A stretch of DNA of 64,000 nucleotides from Hyphomicrobiales bacterium. GTDB taxonomy: Bacteria; Pseudomonadota; Alphaproteobacteria; SPJN01. Below, piece by piece: positions 45,953-57,523 of the stretch. Below the pieces are notes generated by a model. It was given only the letters and a program-made list of their open reading frames with translations, was not told the origin of the DNA and did no database searches. Made by a program: the position numbers and the translations under genes. The stretch's first letter is position 1, and each line of letters begins with the position of its first letter. The stretch lies in contig SPJN01000013.1 of the NCBI GenBank assembly GCA_006844605.1, positions 760 to 64,759 of the forward strand, written 5' to 3'.

Positions 45953-46819
45953 TTACCCCAAACGTTGCATCAGGACCAGCCCTGTAACGACCACAATGGC
46001 GGCAATGACACGCCGCCTGCCAAAGCCTTCGCCCAGCAACATCGTCCCGATAATGGCTGTAAATATGGCGGAACTTTCGCGTAACGCAGCTAAGGGCGCG
46101 GTATGCGCTGAAAATGTATAGGCATATAGCGCCAAGGTATAGGTGATGACGGCGCCTATGGCGGCACCGAACGCGCCCTTAAAATCCCGTTGTGCGCCGG
46201 CAATATATTTGCGTGGCCCCGCCCAGATAAAGATGGTTAAAAACCCGCCAAATCCTTCAAGCACCATAAACCACATAATATAGGACAGCGCCGCTTGCCC
46301 CACATCGGCGGCACTGCGCACACCGGTTGCATCAACCAATGTATAGGCGGCAATGAAAAAACCCGTCAGCACCGAAAATAATAGGCCCAGCGCATTGGCC
46401 TTTGCTGCGCGGCCATCCCAGGCAAAGGCGACAATGCCGCCACCGGTTAGGGCAAGACCCAGCCATTGTAGTACGCTCATCGTTTCGTTGAGCGTCAGGA
46501 ACGCGCCGATCCCGGTCAGCCCGGCACCGATACCGCGCGCCAATGGATGCGCCAATGACAGATCGGTCAACCGGTACGAGTTTGCCAGCACCACATGATA
46601 GCCCATGTGAATAGCGGTGGAGCCGAGGAGGAACACCCACAGGCTGGCGTCCGGCACTGCCACGAAAAACAACATGGGTAGACATAGGGAGCCCGAGAAC
46701 AGCGCCAGCACACTGCGGAATATCAGCTTGTCATGGGCCTTGATGTGAAAACTGTTCATCCCCGCATTGAACAGGGCGGATAACAGCACAAGACCGATGG
46801 CGATTGCTTCGTTGCTCAT
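45953..46819 (-). CDS. DMT-superfamily (EamA-like) transporter
   Basis: 288 aa, ten predicted TM helices with duplicated EamA halves. Confidence 0.7.
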   Translation of the reverse strand: MSNEAIAIGLVLLSALFNAGMNSFHIKAHDKLIFRSVLALFSGSLCLPMLFFVAVPDASLWVFLLGSTAIHMGYHVVLANSYRLTDLSLAHPLARGIGAGLTGIGAFLTLNETMSVLQWLGLALTGGGIVAFAWDGRAAKANALGLLFSVLTGFFIAAYTLVDATGVRSAADVGQAALSYIMWFMVLEGFGGFLTIFIWAGPRKYIAGAQRDFKGAFGAAIGAVITYTLALYAYTFSAHTAPLAALRESSAIFTAIIGTMLLGEGFGRRRVIAAIVVVTGLVLMQRLG

Positions 46820-46926
46820 AGGTCGTGCGGTGCCTTTTGGCTAATTTGCGATGCAAGTACGGCGCGGATTAGATCCATCACCGTGTCGTAGTCGGACTAC
46901 GCGCCGCGCTTATGCAAGCATAAGCG

Positions 46927-47925
46927 TTAGGTAAGGCTGCCAGCCCCTGTCAGGGCGCGGGCGAAATCCTTCGCCTCAAACCGATGCAGATCATCGGGGC
47001 TTTCGCCCACACCGATATAATGCACCGGCATTTTGAACTTGCGCGCCAACGGCACCATGATGCCGCCCTTGGCCGTGCCGTCCAGCTTGGTCATCACCAG
47101 CCCGGTGACGTCAGCCACATCGCGGAAGGCTTCAACCTGATTAAGCGCGTTTTGCCCCGTCGTGGCGTCCAACACCTGCAACACCGCATGGGGGGCATCG
47201 GGGTTAATCTTGCGAATGACGCGCAGCATTTTTTCCAATTCCGCCATCAGGTCGGTTTTGTTTTGCAAACGCCCGGCGGTGTCGATCATCAAAATATCGA
47301 CGTCCTTTTCCTGTGCTTCTGTCATCGCGTCAAAGGCGAGGGAGGCTGAATCGCTACCCTGTTCGTGCGCCACAACAGGCACCCCGGCGCGCTGGCCCCA
47401 CACGGTTAATTGTTCAATCGCAGCGGCGCGGAACGTGTCACCCGCAGCCAGCATGACGGATTTTTTCTGTTTTTGATAATGCTGTGCCAGCTTGCCGATT
47501 GTGGTGGTCTTGCCTGTGCCATTCACGCCCACAAACAAAATAACAAACGGGCCATCATGTTTCTTGGGAATGTCCAACGGCGCTTCGACCGCCTGCAAAT
47601 GGGGCAGGATGGATTTGGCCAGCGCCTCGCGCACATGTTTGGCGGTGATGTTTTTGGCGAATTGTTCATCGCGCAACGTGTCGGCAACTTCCATTGCGGT
47701 GTCCGCGCCCAGATCAGCGCCGATCAACAGGTCTTCGAGCCGTTCCAGCGTTTCATCATCCAGCACGCGCTTGGTGAACAACCCGCCTGTGCTGCCAAGA
47801 TTATCGCTGCTGCGCGACATGCCCTTGCGCAGGCGCGAGAAGAAACCCTTTTTCTCGCCTGCTTGACTATCTGCGGGGCCATCTGCGGCAGCGTCGGTGG
47901 ATTGTTGATCGTTCTGGTCGGTCAT
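46927..47925 (-). CDS. ftsY: signal recognition particle receptor FtsY
   Basis: 'GVNGTGKTTTIGKLA', 'DTAGRLQNK', 'TKLDGTAKGG' SRP-GTPase motifs. Acidic N-terminus. Confidence 0.9.
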   Translation of the reverse strand: MTDQNDQQSTDAAADGPADSQAGEKKGFFSRLRKGMSRSSDNLGSTGGLFTKRVLDDETLERLEDLLIGADLGADTAMEVADTLRDEQFAKNITAKHVREALAKSILPHLQAVEAPLDIPKKHDGPFVILFVGVNGTGKTTTIGKLAQHYQKQKKSVMLAAGDTFRAAAIEQLTVWGQRAGVPVVAHEQGSDSASLAFDAMTEAQEKDVDILMIDTAGRLQNKTDLMAELEKMLRVIRKINPDAPHAVLQVLDATTGQNALNQVEAFRDVADVTGLVMTKLDGTAKGGIMVPLARKFKMPVHYIGVGESPDDLHRFEAKDFARALTGAGSLT

Positions 47926-47928
47926 AAT

Positions 47929-49188
47929 CTATAGGGCAATCAGTTTTTTGTCTGTTTTGTCGGTCACGGTTAGCGCATGAATGCTGCCCGGTTGCAAGCC
48001 TTCATCCACAATCACTTCCGTAAAATCCTGTGCGCGGGCAAGGCCCGGCTTTTCCACCAATGCGCTGATGCGCGTGCCCACCTGTTGCGACAGATGCGTG
48101 GTCAGCTTGTCCTGTCCCAACTGGCGCAATCGGGCGGCACGGTCCTTGATCACACTGCGGTCAAGCTGGGGCATCCGTGCGGCAGGGGTGCCCGGACGCG
48201 GGGAATAGGGGAAGACATGCAGGAATGTCAGCGCGCATTCTTCGACGAGGTTGAGGGAGTTTTGAAACATCTCCTCAGTTTCGGTGGGGAAGCCCGCGAT
48301 CAGATCCGCGCCAAAGGCAATGTCAGGGCGCTGTTGCTTGACGGTTTGGCAAAAGGCGATGCTTTCTTCGCGCAAATGCCGCCGCTTCATCCGTTTCAGG
48401 ATCATATTGTCACCCGCCTGCAGGCTTAAATGCAGATGGGGCATAAAGCGTGGCTCACCAACAATCAGGTCCATCAACGGCTCGTCAACCTCAATGGAAT
48501 CGATGGATGACAACCGTAACCGGGGAAGATCCGGCACATGGGTCAGAATTTTTTGGCACAACTTGCCCAGCGACATGCCCCCAGCCGCAGATGATGCGCC
48601 GGGCAGATCAGCGCCATAGCTGGTGATGTCCACCCCGGTGATGACAATTTCCGAAAATCCCTGATCGACCAACAGGCGCGCCTGTTCAACAACAGACCCG
48701 ACCGGGACTGATCGGGAATTCCCCCGGCCATAGGGGATGATACAAAATGTGCAGCGGTGATCGCAGCCGTTCTGCACCTGTAAAAAGGCGCGGGCGCGAT
48801 CTGAAAACCCGTCCGCCAAATGTGGCGTGGTTTCGGTAACGTCCATTATGTCCTGCACGGCGACAGGCTCAGGCGCGTTCAAAAAACGGGTGATGTCCAG
48901 TTTTTCTTCATTGCCCAACACCTGATCAACCTCGTCCATAGTGGCATAGGTGTCGGGGCTGATTTGCGCGGCGCAGCCGGTAACGATGATCTTGGCGCCG
49001 GGCTTGTCGCGGCGGGCGCGGCGGATGGCTTGGCGTGCCTGACGCTCCGCCTCTGCTGTGACGGCGCAGGTGTTGAAGATGATGGTGTCGTCAGGCGTGG
49101 CTTGGCCCGCCATTTGCTGGCGGATGCGGTCGCTTTCAAGACTGTTCAGGCGACAGCCGAATGTGACGATATCAGGTGAATTGGTCAT
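47929..49188 (-). CDS. mtaB: radical-SAM methylthiotransferase, MtaB-like (tRNA t6A37 methylthiotransferase)
   Basis: 419 aa. MTTase N-terminal domain. Radical-SAM 'CDHRCTFCIIPYGRG'. TRAM-like C-terminus. Its size and the dapF-mtaB-ftsY context favour MtaB over MiaB. Confidence 0.65.
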   Translation of the reverse strand: MTNSPDIVTFGCRLNSLESDRIRQQMAGQATPDDTIIFNTCAVTAEAERQARQAIRRARRDKPGAKIIVTGCAAQISPDTYATMDEVDQVLGNEEKLDITRFLNAPEPVAVQDIMDVTETTPHLADGFSDRARAFLQVQNGCDHRCTFCIIPYGRGNSRSVPVGSVVEQARLLVDQGFSEIVITGVDITSYGADLPGASSAAGGMSLGKLCQKILTHVPDLPRLRLSSIDSIEVDEPLMDLIVGEPRFMPHLHLSLQAGDNMILKRMKRRHLREESIAFCQTVKQQRPDIAFGADLIAGFPTETEEMFQNSLNLVEECALTFLHVFPYSPRPGTPAARMPQLDRSVIKDRAARLRQLGQDKLTTHLSQQVGTRISALVEKPGLARAQDFTEVIVDEGLQPGSIHALTVTDKTDKKLIAL

Positions 49189-49195
49189 CTGCCCG

Positions 49196-50071
49196 TCACC
49201 GGCCCATCAGGGCATCAAGGTCAAGCACACCTTCAAAGGCATAGCTTGCCGGGCCGGTCATCAGAACGTCGCCATCGGTTTGATAGGCCATAATCAGCGG
49301 GCCGCCATCCAGAATGATCATGGCAGCTTGCCCTTCAATCAGTTGGCGGCGGCGTGCCGCGACGATGGTGGCGCAGGCGGCGGTGCCGCAGGCCTGTGTG
49401 ATGCCTGCGCCGCGCTCAAACACGCGCAGGCGGATCGTGCCGTCGGCGCGAATGGTGGCCAGCGAGACATTCGTCCGTTCGGGGTATAGCGGGTGATGCT
49501 CAAGCGTCGGGCCGATTTCCTCCAACGGATAGGCCTCGGCATCCTCGACAAAGAACACCATATGGGGATTGCCCATATTGACGGCGGTCGGATTTGTCAG
49601 GGGCGCAAGGCCGGGCACGTCAAGGCTGATCGGTAGCGATAGCGTGTCCAGCGTGTCGTCTGACAGGGGGATTTGCGCCGCGTTCAACCCCGGCTCCCCC
49701 ATATTGACGCCGATGTTGCCGTCATCCAACAGGGTGCAGCCCAATTGTCCGGCAACTGTCTCGACGATGTTTTCGGTCTTGCCCGTTTCGTCGGCCAGCA
49801 GGCGTCCGATGCAGCGGGTGGCGTTGCCGCAGGCTTCGACCGGTTCGCCATTGCCGTTCCGCATATGCAAAAAGGCGCTGGTGCCTTGGGTGACCGGGTC
49901 TGTGATTTCGACAAACTGGTCGCAACCAACCCCCCGCCGACGATCTCCGATCATCGCGGCTTCGGCCTCAGTCAGTAGAGGCTGCCCTTCATTGGGGCCG
50001 TGGGCGCGCCGGTCAATAATCACGAAATCATTGCCCAGCCCGTGCATCTTGCGAAACTTAATCTCAGGCAT
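49196..50071 (-). CDS. dapF: diaminopimelate epimerase
   Basis: 'MHGLGNDFVIID' and two Cys-containing active-site segments ('GNATRC', 'ACGTAACA'). Confidence 0.9.
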   Translation of the reverse strand: MPEIKFRKMHGLGNDFVIIDRRAHGPNEGQPLLTEAEAAMIGDRRRGVGCDQFVEITDPVTQGTSAFLHMRNGNGEPVEACGNATRCIGRLLADETGKTENIVETVAGQLGCTLLDDGNIGVNMGEPGLNAAQIPLSDDTLDTLSLPISLDVPGLAPLTNPTAVNMGNPHMVFFVEDAEAYPLEEIGPTLEHHPLYPERTNVSLATIRADGTIRLRVFERGAGITQACGTAACATIVAARRRQLIEGQAAMIILDGGPLIMAYQTDGDVLMTGPASYAFEGVLDLDALMGR

Positions 50072-50331
50072 ACATATCTATATAGTAGAGAATGACGGGG
50101 TTTTGACCCCGAAAACTGGTCTTTTGGGCAATTTGCCGCCCCACTGTCTATAAAGTGGCAATTGCCTTGACGATGGCGGCCAAACGTATATGGTGCCCCG
50201 ACTTCCTGATAGAAGTGACATATCTGGTCAGGGGCAGGGCCCCTTATCACCACCGGTCAGCGCGTTGCGCCCACCGGTGCCAAATCGCTTTGGGTTATTG
50301 TTGCGGTACGGGAAACAAAGGATTTTGACGT

Positions 50332-51879
50332 ATGTTTGATACATTACAGGAACGGTTAGGTGGGGTTCTCGACGGGCTGACAAAGCGTGGCGCTTTGTCG
50401 GAAGCCGATGTCGATGCAGCCCTGCGTGAAGTTCGCGTTGCCTTGTTAGAGGCTGACGTGGCACTTCCCGTTGCACGTAAATTTATCAAGGATGTGCGTG
50501 AAGAAGCGATCGGCGCAGGCGTTTTGAAGTCTGTCTCGCCCGGTCAGATGGTGATCAAGATCGTCCATGACGAGCTTGTGAAGGTTCTGGGCGGCGACCC
50601 TGCTTTGTCGCGCGATGCTGACGCGCCCGAAGCTGTGGCCGCCGGGCTGAACCTCAATGCGGTGCCCCCGGTGCCGGTGTTGATGGTGGGCCTGCAGGGC
50701 TCAGGCAAGACAACCTCAACCGCGAAAATTGCCTATCGGTTGCAGCAGCGCGATAAGAAAAAGGTCCTGATGGCCTCGCTCGACACGCGCCGTCCGGCCG
50801 CTATGGAACAGTTGCGGGTTCTGGGTGAACAGACCGGTGTTGATGTGTTGCCGATCGTTGAGGGGCAGCAGCCTGTTGATATCGCCAACCGTGCGATGAA
50901 TGCAGGGCGCCTGTCAGGGTATGACGTTGTGCTGCTCGATACCGCCGGGCGGATGCATGTCGAAGAGGGCCTGATGGCTGAGGTTTCCGCCGTCCGCGAT
51001 GCTGTGAAACCGCAGGAGACCCTGCTGGTTGCTGACAGTTTGACCGGTCAGGATGCGGTCAATGTTGCCCAGCAATTCAACGAACGCGTTGGTGTGACGG
51101 GCATTGTGTTGACCCGTGTTGACGGTGATGGCCGCGGTGGTGCGGCGCTGTCGATGCGTGCGGTGACGGGCTGCCCGATCAAGCTGTTGGGTGTTGGTGA
51201 AAAATTTGACGCCCTGGAAGATTTCCATCCGACCCGTATGGCAGGCCGGATTTTGGGCATGGGCGATATTGTTTCGCTGGTCGAAAAAGCCGCCGAAACA
51301 ATGGAGGCGGAGCAGGCCGCCCGCATGGCGAAAAAGTTCGCCAAGGGCCAGTTCGACATGAACGATCTGCGCGAACACATCCAGCAGGTCCAGAAAATGG
51401 GCGGCATGGGCGGCATCCTGAATCTGTTGCCGGGCATCGGCAAGATGAAGAAACAGCTCGACCAGCTCGACATGGATGAAAGCGTGTTCAAGCGTCAAGA
51501 AGCGATCATCAATTCCATGACCAAGAAAGAACGCTTGCAGCCGAAACTGCTGCAGGCCAGCCGCAAAAAGCGTATCGCGGCAGGGTCCGGCACCACGGTG
51601 CAGGAGGTCAACAAGCTGATCAAGATGCATCGGCAAATGGCCGACATGATGAAAAAGATGAGCAAAGGCAAGGGCTTGATGTCTGCAATGGGTGCCGCGA
51701 TGGGGATGCCCAACAAGTCAGCCATGCCCAGCCCCGAAGATATGGAACAGCTGGCCCAGAAGATGGGTGGCCCGCAAGGTGGCGGCATGGGTGGCGGCAT
51801 GGGCGGCCCCGGTGGCCTGCCCGGTTTGGGTGCGCCCGGCGGGTTGCCCCCCGGTTTCCCTGGCTCTGGCAAAAAGTGA
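50332..51879 (+). CDS. ffh: signal recognition particle protein Ffh
   Basis: 'GLQGSGKTTSTAKIA', 'DTAGR', 'TRVDGDGRGGAA'. Met-rich M domain and a Gly-rich C-terminal tail. Confidence 0.95.
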   Translation: MFDTLQERLGGVLDGLTKRGALSEADVDAALREVRVALLEADVALPVARKFIKDVREEAIGAGVLKSVSPGQMVIKIVHDELVKVLGGDPALSRDADAPEAVAAGLNLNAVPPVPVLMVGLQGSGKTTSTAKIAYRLQQRDKKKVLMASLDTRRPAAMEQLRVLGEQTGVDVLPIVEGQQPVDIANRAMNAGRLSGYDVVLLDTAGRMHVEEGLMAEVSAVRDAVKPQETLLVADSLTGQDAVNVAQQFNERVGVTGIVLTRVDGDGRGGAALSMRAVTGCPIKLLGVGEKFDALEDFHPTRMAGRILGMGDIVSLVEKAAETMEAEQAARMAKKFAKGQFDMNDLREHIQQVQKMGGMGGILNLLPGIGKMKKQLDQLDMDESVFKRQEAIINSMTKKERLQPKLLQASRKKRIAAGSGTTVQEVNKLIKMHRQMADMMKKMSKGKGLMSAMGAAMGMPNKSAMPSPEDMEQLAQKMGGPQGGGMGGGMGGPGGLPGLGAPGGLPPGFPGSGKK

Positions 51880-52026
51880 TTTGAAAGAAAGCGAATGGCA
51901 ATCGAACCCTTTGTTCAAGGTCTGAACAACGGTTCATAGTTTAAGGAAATAGCGACTTACCGGGCTTTTACAGGGCATTGCCCCCCGAATAAGACGCTGA
52001 ATGGTTAACGAGAAAGGTTCAAAACC

Positions 52027-52473
52027 ATGGCATTGACGATCAGACTGTCCCGCGGTGGCGCCAAAAAGCGTCCTTTTTACCGTATTGTTGTAACTGACTC
52101 ACGTCGTCCGCGTGATTCGGGCTATATTGAGAACGTAGGCTCCTACAATCCGATGCTGCCCAAGGATTCTGACGAGCGTGTGGTCCTGAAGGAAGAACGC
52201 ATCAAGGAATGGATCGCCAAGGGCGCCCGTCCGTCAGATCGCGTGAACCGTTTCCTCGATGCCGCCGGTATCATGGAACGCAAGGCCCGTAACAACCCCA
52301 AGAAAGCCCTGCCCGGCCAGAAGGCCCAGGAACGTCTTGAAATGGCCAAACAGGCCGAAGAAGACGCAGCCGCCGCTGCTGCCGAGGCTGAAGCAGCCGC
52401 TGCTGAAGAAGCTGCAGCACCTGCCGAAGAAGCCCCCGCAGAAGACGCTGCTGAAGAAAAAGCAGAAGGCTAA
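52027..52473 (+). CDS. rpsP: 30S ribosomal protein S16 with Ala/Glu-rich C-terminal extension
   Basis: '[43 protein letters not shown]'. Confidence 0.9.
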   Translation: MALTIRLSRGGAKKRPFYRIVVTDSRRPRDSGYIENVGSYNPMLPKDSDERVVLKEERIKEWIAKGARPSDRVNRFLDAAGIMERKARNNPKKALPGQKAQERLEMAKQAEEDAAAAAAEAEAAAAEEAAAPAEEAPAEDAAEEKAEG

Positions 52474-52479
52474 CCGCGC

Positions 52480-53934
52480 ATGGCGTCCCCGGCTGATGAT
52501 AAGCCCCGCATTTGCGTGGGTGTGATTGCCGGGGCCCATGGCGTGCATGGCGAGGCGCGGGTGCGCGCCTTTACCGACGACCCGTTCGACGTCGCTGCCT
52601 ATGGTGAGGTAGAGACCGAAGACGGGTCGCTGCGTTTCAGCATGACCGTCATCCGCGAGGCCAAGCCCGGCGTGCTTGTTGTGGCGCTGGAAGGGATAAC
52701 CCTTAGCCGTGAACAGGTGCAGGCGATGAACGGCACACAGCTTTATGTGTCCCGCGATGCCCTGCCAGCGCCTGAGGATGAGGACGAGTTCTATTATGCC
52801 GACCTGATCGGCCTTGCTGCCAGCTATCCTGATGGCAGGCCGCTGGGCACCGTGTTGGCGGTCGCTGATTACGGCGCGGGCGACATGGTGGATATCAAGC
52901 TGGCACACAGCAGCAAAACCATCGTCGTGCCATTCACGCGTGAGGTTGTGCCCAGCGTCGATCTTAAGGCTGGCCGCATTGTGGTGAACCCGCCCGGCGG
53001 CCTGATTGATGACGCGCCTGAGGGTGAGGTAGACGCGAGCGCGGCCAAAGGCGCGGGGGCGGTCATGACTGACCCAACTGACTCAACGGCCCAAACCGCC
53101 CAAACCGCCCAAACCGCCCCCGCAAGCGACCCGCCCAGCCCGTGGCAGGCCACGATCCTGACCCTGTTCCCGGACATGTTTCCCGGCCCGCTTGGATTTT
53201 CATTGGCCGGACGGGCGCTGGACCAGCAGATATGGGCGCTTAACACCCTGAATATACGGGATTTTGCCACCGACAAGCACCATTCGGTCGATGACACGCC
53301 CGCCGGTGGCGGGGCCGGAATGGTGATGCGCGCCGATGTGGTTGGCGCGGCGTTGGAAAGTTTGGGCTATCAGGGCAGCGCAAAGGGCGAAACTGCTGAA
53401 AAAGCCCCAAATCCTGCGTCAATCAGCGCAGGGGAAAAAGCCCCGAATTCCCTTCCCCTAAATGCCCCCTTGCTTTATTTAAGCCCGCGCGGTAAGCCGC
53501 TCTCCCAATCGCGTGTTAAGGCATTGGCGACAGGCCCCGGCGTCACAGTGTTATGTGGTCGTTTTGAGGGGTTGGACGAGCGGGTGATTACCCACTTCGG
53601 GATCGAAGAAGTGTCTATCGGGGACTATGTCCTTTCAGGCGGCGAGCCTGCAGCACTTGTTCTTCTCGATGCCGTGATCAGGCTGTTGCCCGGGGTTCTG
53701 GGCGCGCCGGAGACATTGGCAGAAGAAAGTTTTGAAGACGGGTTGCTTGAATACCCGCATTTTACGCGCCCCGCACAATGGCAGGGCAAACCCATACCGG
53801 ATGTTTTGACATCCGGACATCATGGTCGGATCGCCGAATGGCGTCAGGCCGAACGAGAACGAATTACAAAGGAAAGACGGCCGGACCTCTGGCGGCGATA
53901 TATGGCAGAAGAACAAAGCGGCAAGGACGAATAG
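52480..53934 (+). CDS. rimM-trmD: ribosome maturation factor RimM and tRNA (guanine37-N1)-methyltransferase TrmD, encoded as one continuous reading frame
   Basis: Residues 1 to about 180 are RimM (PRC barrel). After a 'TAQTAQTAQ' linker comes TrmD ('[12 protein letters not shown]', 'LLYLSPRG', '[15 protein letters not shown]', '[10 protein letters not shown]'). No stop codon separates them. An internal ATG at 53065 could be an independent trmD start. Confidence 0.7.
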   Translation: MASPADDKPRICVGVIAGAHGVHGEARVRAFTDDPFDVAAYGEVETEDGSLRFSMTVIREAKPGVLVVALEGITLSREQVQAMNGTQLYVSRDALPAPEDEDEFYYADLIGLAASYPDGRPLGTVLAVADYGAGDMVDIKLAHSSKTIVVPFTREVVPSVDLKAGRIVVNPPGGLIDDAPEGEVDASAAKGAGAVMTDPTDSTAQTAQTAQTAPASDPPSPWQATILTLFPDMFPGPLGFSLAGRALDQQIWALNTLNIRDFATDKHHSVDDTPAGGGAGMVMRADVVGAALESLGYQGSAKGETAEKAPNPASISAGEKAPNSLPLNAPLLYLSPRGKPLSQSRVKALATGPGVTVLCGRFEGLDERVITHFGIEEVSIGDYVLSGGEPAALVLLDAVIRLLPGVLGAPETLAEESFEDGLLEYPHFTRPAQWQGKPIPDVLTSGHHGRIAEWRQAERERITKERRPDLWRRYMAEEQSGKDE

Positions 53935-53998
53935 CAGTCCGCACCGCGCAACAAGCCTAAATCGTGGGATCATGTACGGATCGTGAAAAAGGTAAGCT

Positions 53999-54373
53999 AT
54001 GGCCAATATTATTGAACAACTCGACGCCGCAGAGATGGAGCGTCTGGCAGAAGTCAAACAGGTGCCCGAATTCGGCCCCGGTGACACACTGCGCGTTGCT
54101 GTCCGCGTGAAGGAAGGCAATCGTGAGCGTTTGCAGAACTTCGAAGGCGTCTGCATCGCCCGCAAGTCTGCCGGCATCGCCTCCAACTTCACCATGCGTA
54201 AGATTTCTTACGGTGAAGGTGTGGAACGTGTGTTCCCGCTTTACAGCCCGCTGGTTGAAGAAATTGAGGTCAAGCGTCGCGGTCGTGTCCGTCGTGCGAA
54301 GCTGTACTATCTTCGTGGTCGCACAGGTAAGTCTGCACGTATTGCGGAAAAGAAAGATCATAAGCGCGGCTAA
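53999..54373 (+). CDS. rplS: 50S ribosomal protein L19
   Basis: '…[32 protein letters not shown]…'. Confidence 0.9.
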   Translation: MANIIEQLDAAEMERLAEVKQVPEFGPGDTLRVAVRVKEGNRERLQNFEGVCIARKSAGIASNFTMRKISYGEGVERVFPLYSPLVEEIEVKRRGRVRRAKLYYLRGRTGKSARIAEKKDHKRG

Positions 54374-54402
54374 TCTCTCGCATCATTTTCGACATTTAGA
54401 GA

Positions 54403-54442
54403 CAAGCCGCAGGGACAAATCCCCTCGCGGCTTGTTTTATTT
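54403..54442 (+). terminator. rho-independent terminator after rplS
   Basis: 12-bp stem (caagccgcaggg / ccc(c)tcgcggcttg, one bulge), loop 'acaaatc', then 'ttttatttc'. Confidence 0.6.
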
Positions 54443-54530
54443 CAGCGCTTTTCAGTGGAGCGATCAAACCAAATGGGAGGATCGCGGAACGTTAAAAAAA
54501 GCCGCGCACAAATAAAGGACAGAAACTCCA

Positions 54531-55952
54531 ATGGCCCAGCCTAAAACCCTGTACGATAAAATCTTTGATGCGCATTTGGTGTCCGAAGACGCCGACGGCA
54601 CCGCATTGCTGTATATCGACCGTCACCTTGTGCATGAAGTGACCAGCCCGCAGGCCTTTGAAGGGTTGCGGATGACGAACCGCACCGTGCGCAAGCCGGA
54701 AAACACCCTGTGTGTGCCTGACCATAACGTGCCGACCGAAGGCCGCGCCAACGGGATCAGCAATCCTGAAAGCAAGTTGCAGGTTGATACGCTGATGCAA
54801 AATGCGGCTGACTTCGGCCTTGAAATTTACGGCATGGACGATATCCGTCAGGGCATCGTGCATATTGTCGGTCCCGAACAGGGCCTGACCCAGCCGGGCA
54901 TGACCATTGTGTGTGGTGACAGCCATACCGCCACCCACGGCGCGTTCGGCTCCCTCGCCTTTGGTATCGGCACGTCTGAGGTTGAGCATGTGCTCGCCAC
55001 CCAGACTCTGATCCAAAAGCGCAGCAAGAATATGCGCGTGATGGTGAACGGCAAGCTGTCCAAGGGCTGCACCGCAAAGGACATCGTGCTGGCTGTGATC
55101 GGCAAGATCGGCACCGCAGGCGGCACAGGCTATGTCATCGAATTCGCTGGCGAGGCGATTGAGGCGCTTTCCATGGAAGGCCGCATGACCGTCTGTAACA
55201 TGACCATTGAAGGCGGCGCCCGCGCCGGCCTGATCGCGCCTGATCAAAAAACCTTTGATTATGTGCAGGGTCGCCCCAAGGCCCCCAAGGGTGCCCAGTG
55301 GGAAATGGCGGTTGATTATTGGAAAACGCTGCCCACCGATGATGGCGCGGTGTTCGATGCGGAAATCGAAATTGATGCCAGCACGCTGGCCCCCGAAATC
55401 ACATGGGGCACCAGCCCTGAAGACGTGGTTGAAATCACCGGCATGACCCCGGATCCGGCAACTGAATCCGATCCGGCCCGCAAGGCAAAGCTGCAGCGGT
55501 CCTTGGACTATATGGGCCTTGCCCCCAACACGCCGATGACTGATGTGTCGATTGACAAGGTCTTTATCGGCTCTTGCACCAATGGCCGTATCGAAGATTT
55601 GCGCGCCGTTGTGGCGATTGCGGAAAAGGCATTGGCCAAGGGCATGAAAGTGTCTGACCACGTGCATGCAATGGTCGTGCCCGGGTCGGGTTTGGTGAAG
55701 GAACAGGCCGAAGAAGAAGGCCTGGACAAAATCCTGACCGAAGCAGGCTTTGACTGGCGCGAGCCGGGCTGTTCCATGTGCCTTGCCATGAATGATGACA
55801 AGTTGCAGCCGGGCGAACGGTGTGCGTCAACGTCCAACCGTAACTTCGAAGGCCGTCAGGGCCGTGGCGGACGCACGCATCTTGTGTCACCCGCAATGGC
55901 CGCCGCCGCAGCCTTCGCAGGCAAGCTGGCTGACGTGCGGGATTATGAGTAA
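54531..55952 (+). CDS. leuC: 3-isopropylmalate dehydratase large subunit
   Basis: 473 aa aconitase-family LeuC ('[17 protein letters not shown]…', Cys ligands 'GSCTNGR', 'CSMCL'). Confidence 0.95.
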   Translation: MAQPKTLYDKIFDAHLVSEDADGTALLYIDRHLVHEVTSPQAFEGLRMTNRTVRKPENTLCVPDHNVPTEGRANGISNPESKLQVDTLMQNAADFGLEIYGMDDIRQGIVHIVGPEQGLTQPGMTIVCGDSHTATHGAFGSLAFGIGTSEVEHVLATQTLIQKRSKNMRVMVNGKLSKGCTAKDIVLAVIGKIGTAGGTGYVIEFAGEAIEALSMEGRMTVCNMTIEGGARAGLIAPDQKTFDYVQGRPKAPKGAQWEMAVDYWKTLPTDDGAVFDAEIEIDASTLAPEITWGTSPEDVVEITGMTPDPATESDPARKAKLQRSLDYMGLAPNTPMTDVSIDKVFIGSCTNGRIEDLRAVVAIAEKALAKGMKVSDHVHAMVVPGSGLVKEQAEEEGLDKILTEAGFDWREPGCSMCLAMNDDKLQPGERCASTSNRNFEGRQGRGGRTHLVSPAMAAAAAFAGKLADVRDYE

Positions 55953-55959
55953 CAGGTAA

Positions 55960-56769
55960 ATGCCTGAACAACTTGAAAAAGATAACCTGAAGGAAATGCG
56001 TCGGTGGACTTGGGTCGCCGGTCTGGGCTCAGTTGTTTATGTCATTGCTATCGGTGGGTTTTGGTATTTTGTGCCATTTAGTTTTGGAGATGGTGCAGTA
56101 AAAGCAAATGAAGTTGGTGATTTTCTTGCAGGCGTTGCAGCTCCGCTGGCCTTTCTTTGGCTATTGGTTGGGTATTTCCAACAAAGCCGCGAAATTCGAA
56201 ACCAAGTTGCGGAACTAAAAGTACTTGTAGAGACTTCGCATAGTCAGTCTGCGGCCATGGCGCAACAAATAGGGTTTCAAGAAAAGGAAATTCTATTCAA
56301 GGAAATTTGCCAGCTTACAGTTGACTTAGGAATGGAAATCGAACGCGAGTTTCATAAAGTTGGGTCTTCTGGTAATTATGACAATATTTTCACGGGCGGT
56401 TCTGCAGATTCAATATGGAATAAGTTTGATGCTGGCGATTATTTGCACCCCCTGCAAAGTCTTGAAGGCGGGTTAAATCGCTATTTGAATAGGCTTGGGA
56501 CCTTGGAAAGGAGAATGCAGCAAAGACTGGCGAGTGATAGTAGAGCGGTCGAGGATTCTCGAGTTTTTCTAAGTCAGTTGGTGAGCTTTCGTGATGTGTT
56601 GTCGTCGACCAGCGTGGCGGAAAAAATGCAAAAATTGCAGGCTAATAGTGAGCGCTTGAATGAACAGCCGCGCAACTCCTCGGACGAGTCCGCATCGAAG
56701 TTGGTTGGTAACATATTTATTGGAATTCAAGAATTGAAGAGCTTCGTGGAAGAGCGAGAAAATGGATAA
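55960..56769 (+). CDS. hypothetical membrane protein (low-GC insert between leuC and leuD)
   Basis: 269 aa. Two N-terminal TM helices and a helical C-terminal domain. About 44 % GC. Its stop overlaps the leuD start. Confidence 0.5.
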   Translation: MPEQLEKDNLKEMRRWTWVAGLGSVVYVIAIGGFWYFVPFSFGDGAVKANEVGDFLAGVAAPLAFLWLLVGYFQQSREIRNQVAELKVLVETSHSQSAAMAQQIGFQEKEILFKEICQLTVDLGMEIEREFHKVGSSGNYDNIFTGGSADSIWNKFDAGDYLHPLQSLEGGLNRYLNRLGTLERRMQQRLASDSRAVEDSRVFLSQLVSFRDVLSSTSVAEKMQKLQANSERLNEQPRNSSDESASKLVGNIFIGIQELKSFVEERENG

Positions 56770-57367
56770 ATTTACAAAGATAAGCGGCGTGGCCGCACCG
56801 ATGCCGATCACCAATATCGACACGGATATGATCATCCCCAAACAGTTCCTCAAGACCATCAAACGGTCCGGTCTTGGCGTGAACCTGTTCGATGAAATGC
56901 GTTACGATGATGACGGCAAGGAAATCGCAGATTTCGTCTTGAACAAGCCGCAATATCGCAATGCGCAGATCATTGTTGCCGGTGATAATTTCGGCTGCGG
57001 CTCATCCCGTGAACATGCCCCTTGGGCGCTGTTGGATTTCGGCATTCGTGTTGTGATCAGCACCAGCTTTGCCGACATCTTTTATAACAACTGCTTCAAG
57101 AACGGCATCCTGCCGATTGTGGTTGATAAGGATACGTTGGCCGCGCTGATGGATGATGCCGAACGCGGTGCCAATGCCACAGTAACAGTTGATCTGGAAA
57201 CCCAGACCATCAAGGGCCCCGATGGCGGCGAAGTAAAATTCGACGTTGATCCGTTCCGCAAGCATTGCCTGATGAACGGCTTGGACGATATCGGCCTGAC
57301 AATGGAAAAGGCTGACAAGATCGACACATTTGAAGCCGCGCGGGAAACAGCGCAGCCTTGGCTTTAA
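56762..57367 (+). CDS. leuD: 3-isopropylmalate dehydratase small subunit
   Basis: 201 aa LeuD ('…[17 protein letters not shown]…'). Confidence 0.9.
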   Translation: MDKFTKISGVAAPMPITNIDTDMIIPKQFLKTIKRSGLGVNLFDEMRYDDDGKEIADFVLNKPQYRNAQIIVAGDNFGCGSSREHAPWALLDFGIRVVISTSFADIFYNNCFKNGILPIVVDKDTLAALMDDAERGANATVTVDLETQTIKGPDGGEVKFDVDPFRKHCLMNGLDDIGLTMEKADKIDTFEAARETAQPWL

Positions 57368-57523
57368 TCTATCGCTTGCGATAGATCGCGCCCGACCCGC
57401 CCCATTGGGCGGGCGCGAGTGCGCCCACCCTCGGGTCGAGCGCTCTGATTAGGAAGAATTTTAGGGCTGCACTTTTTCGCCAAAATTGAATTGGTGAATG
57501 TGCGACCAACAAAGGAAAGAATT

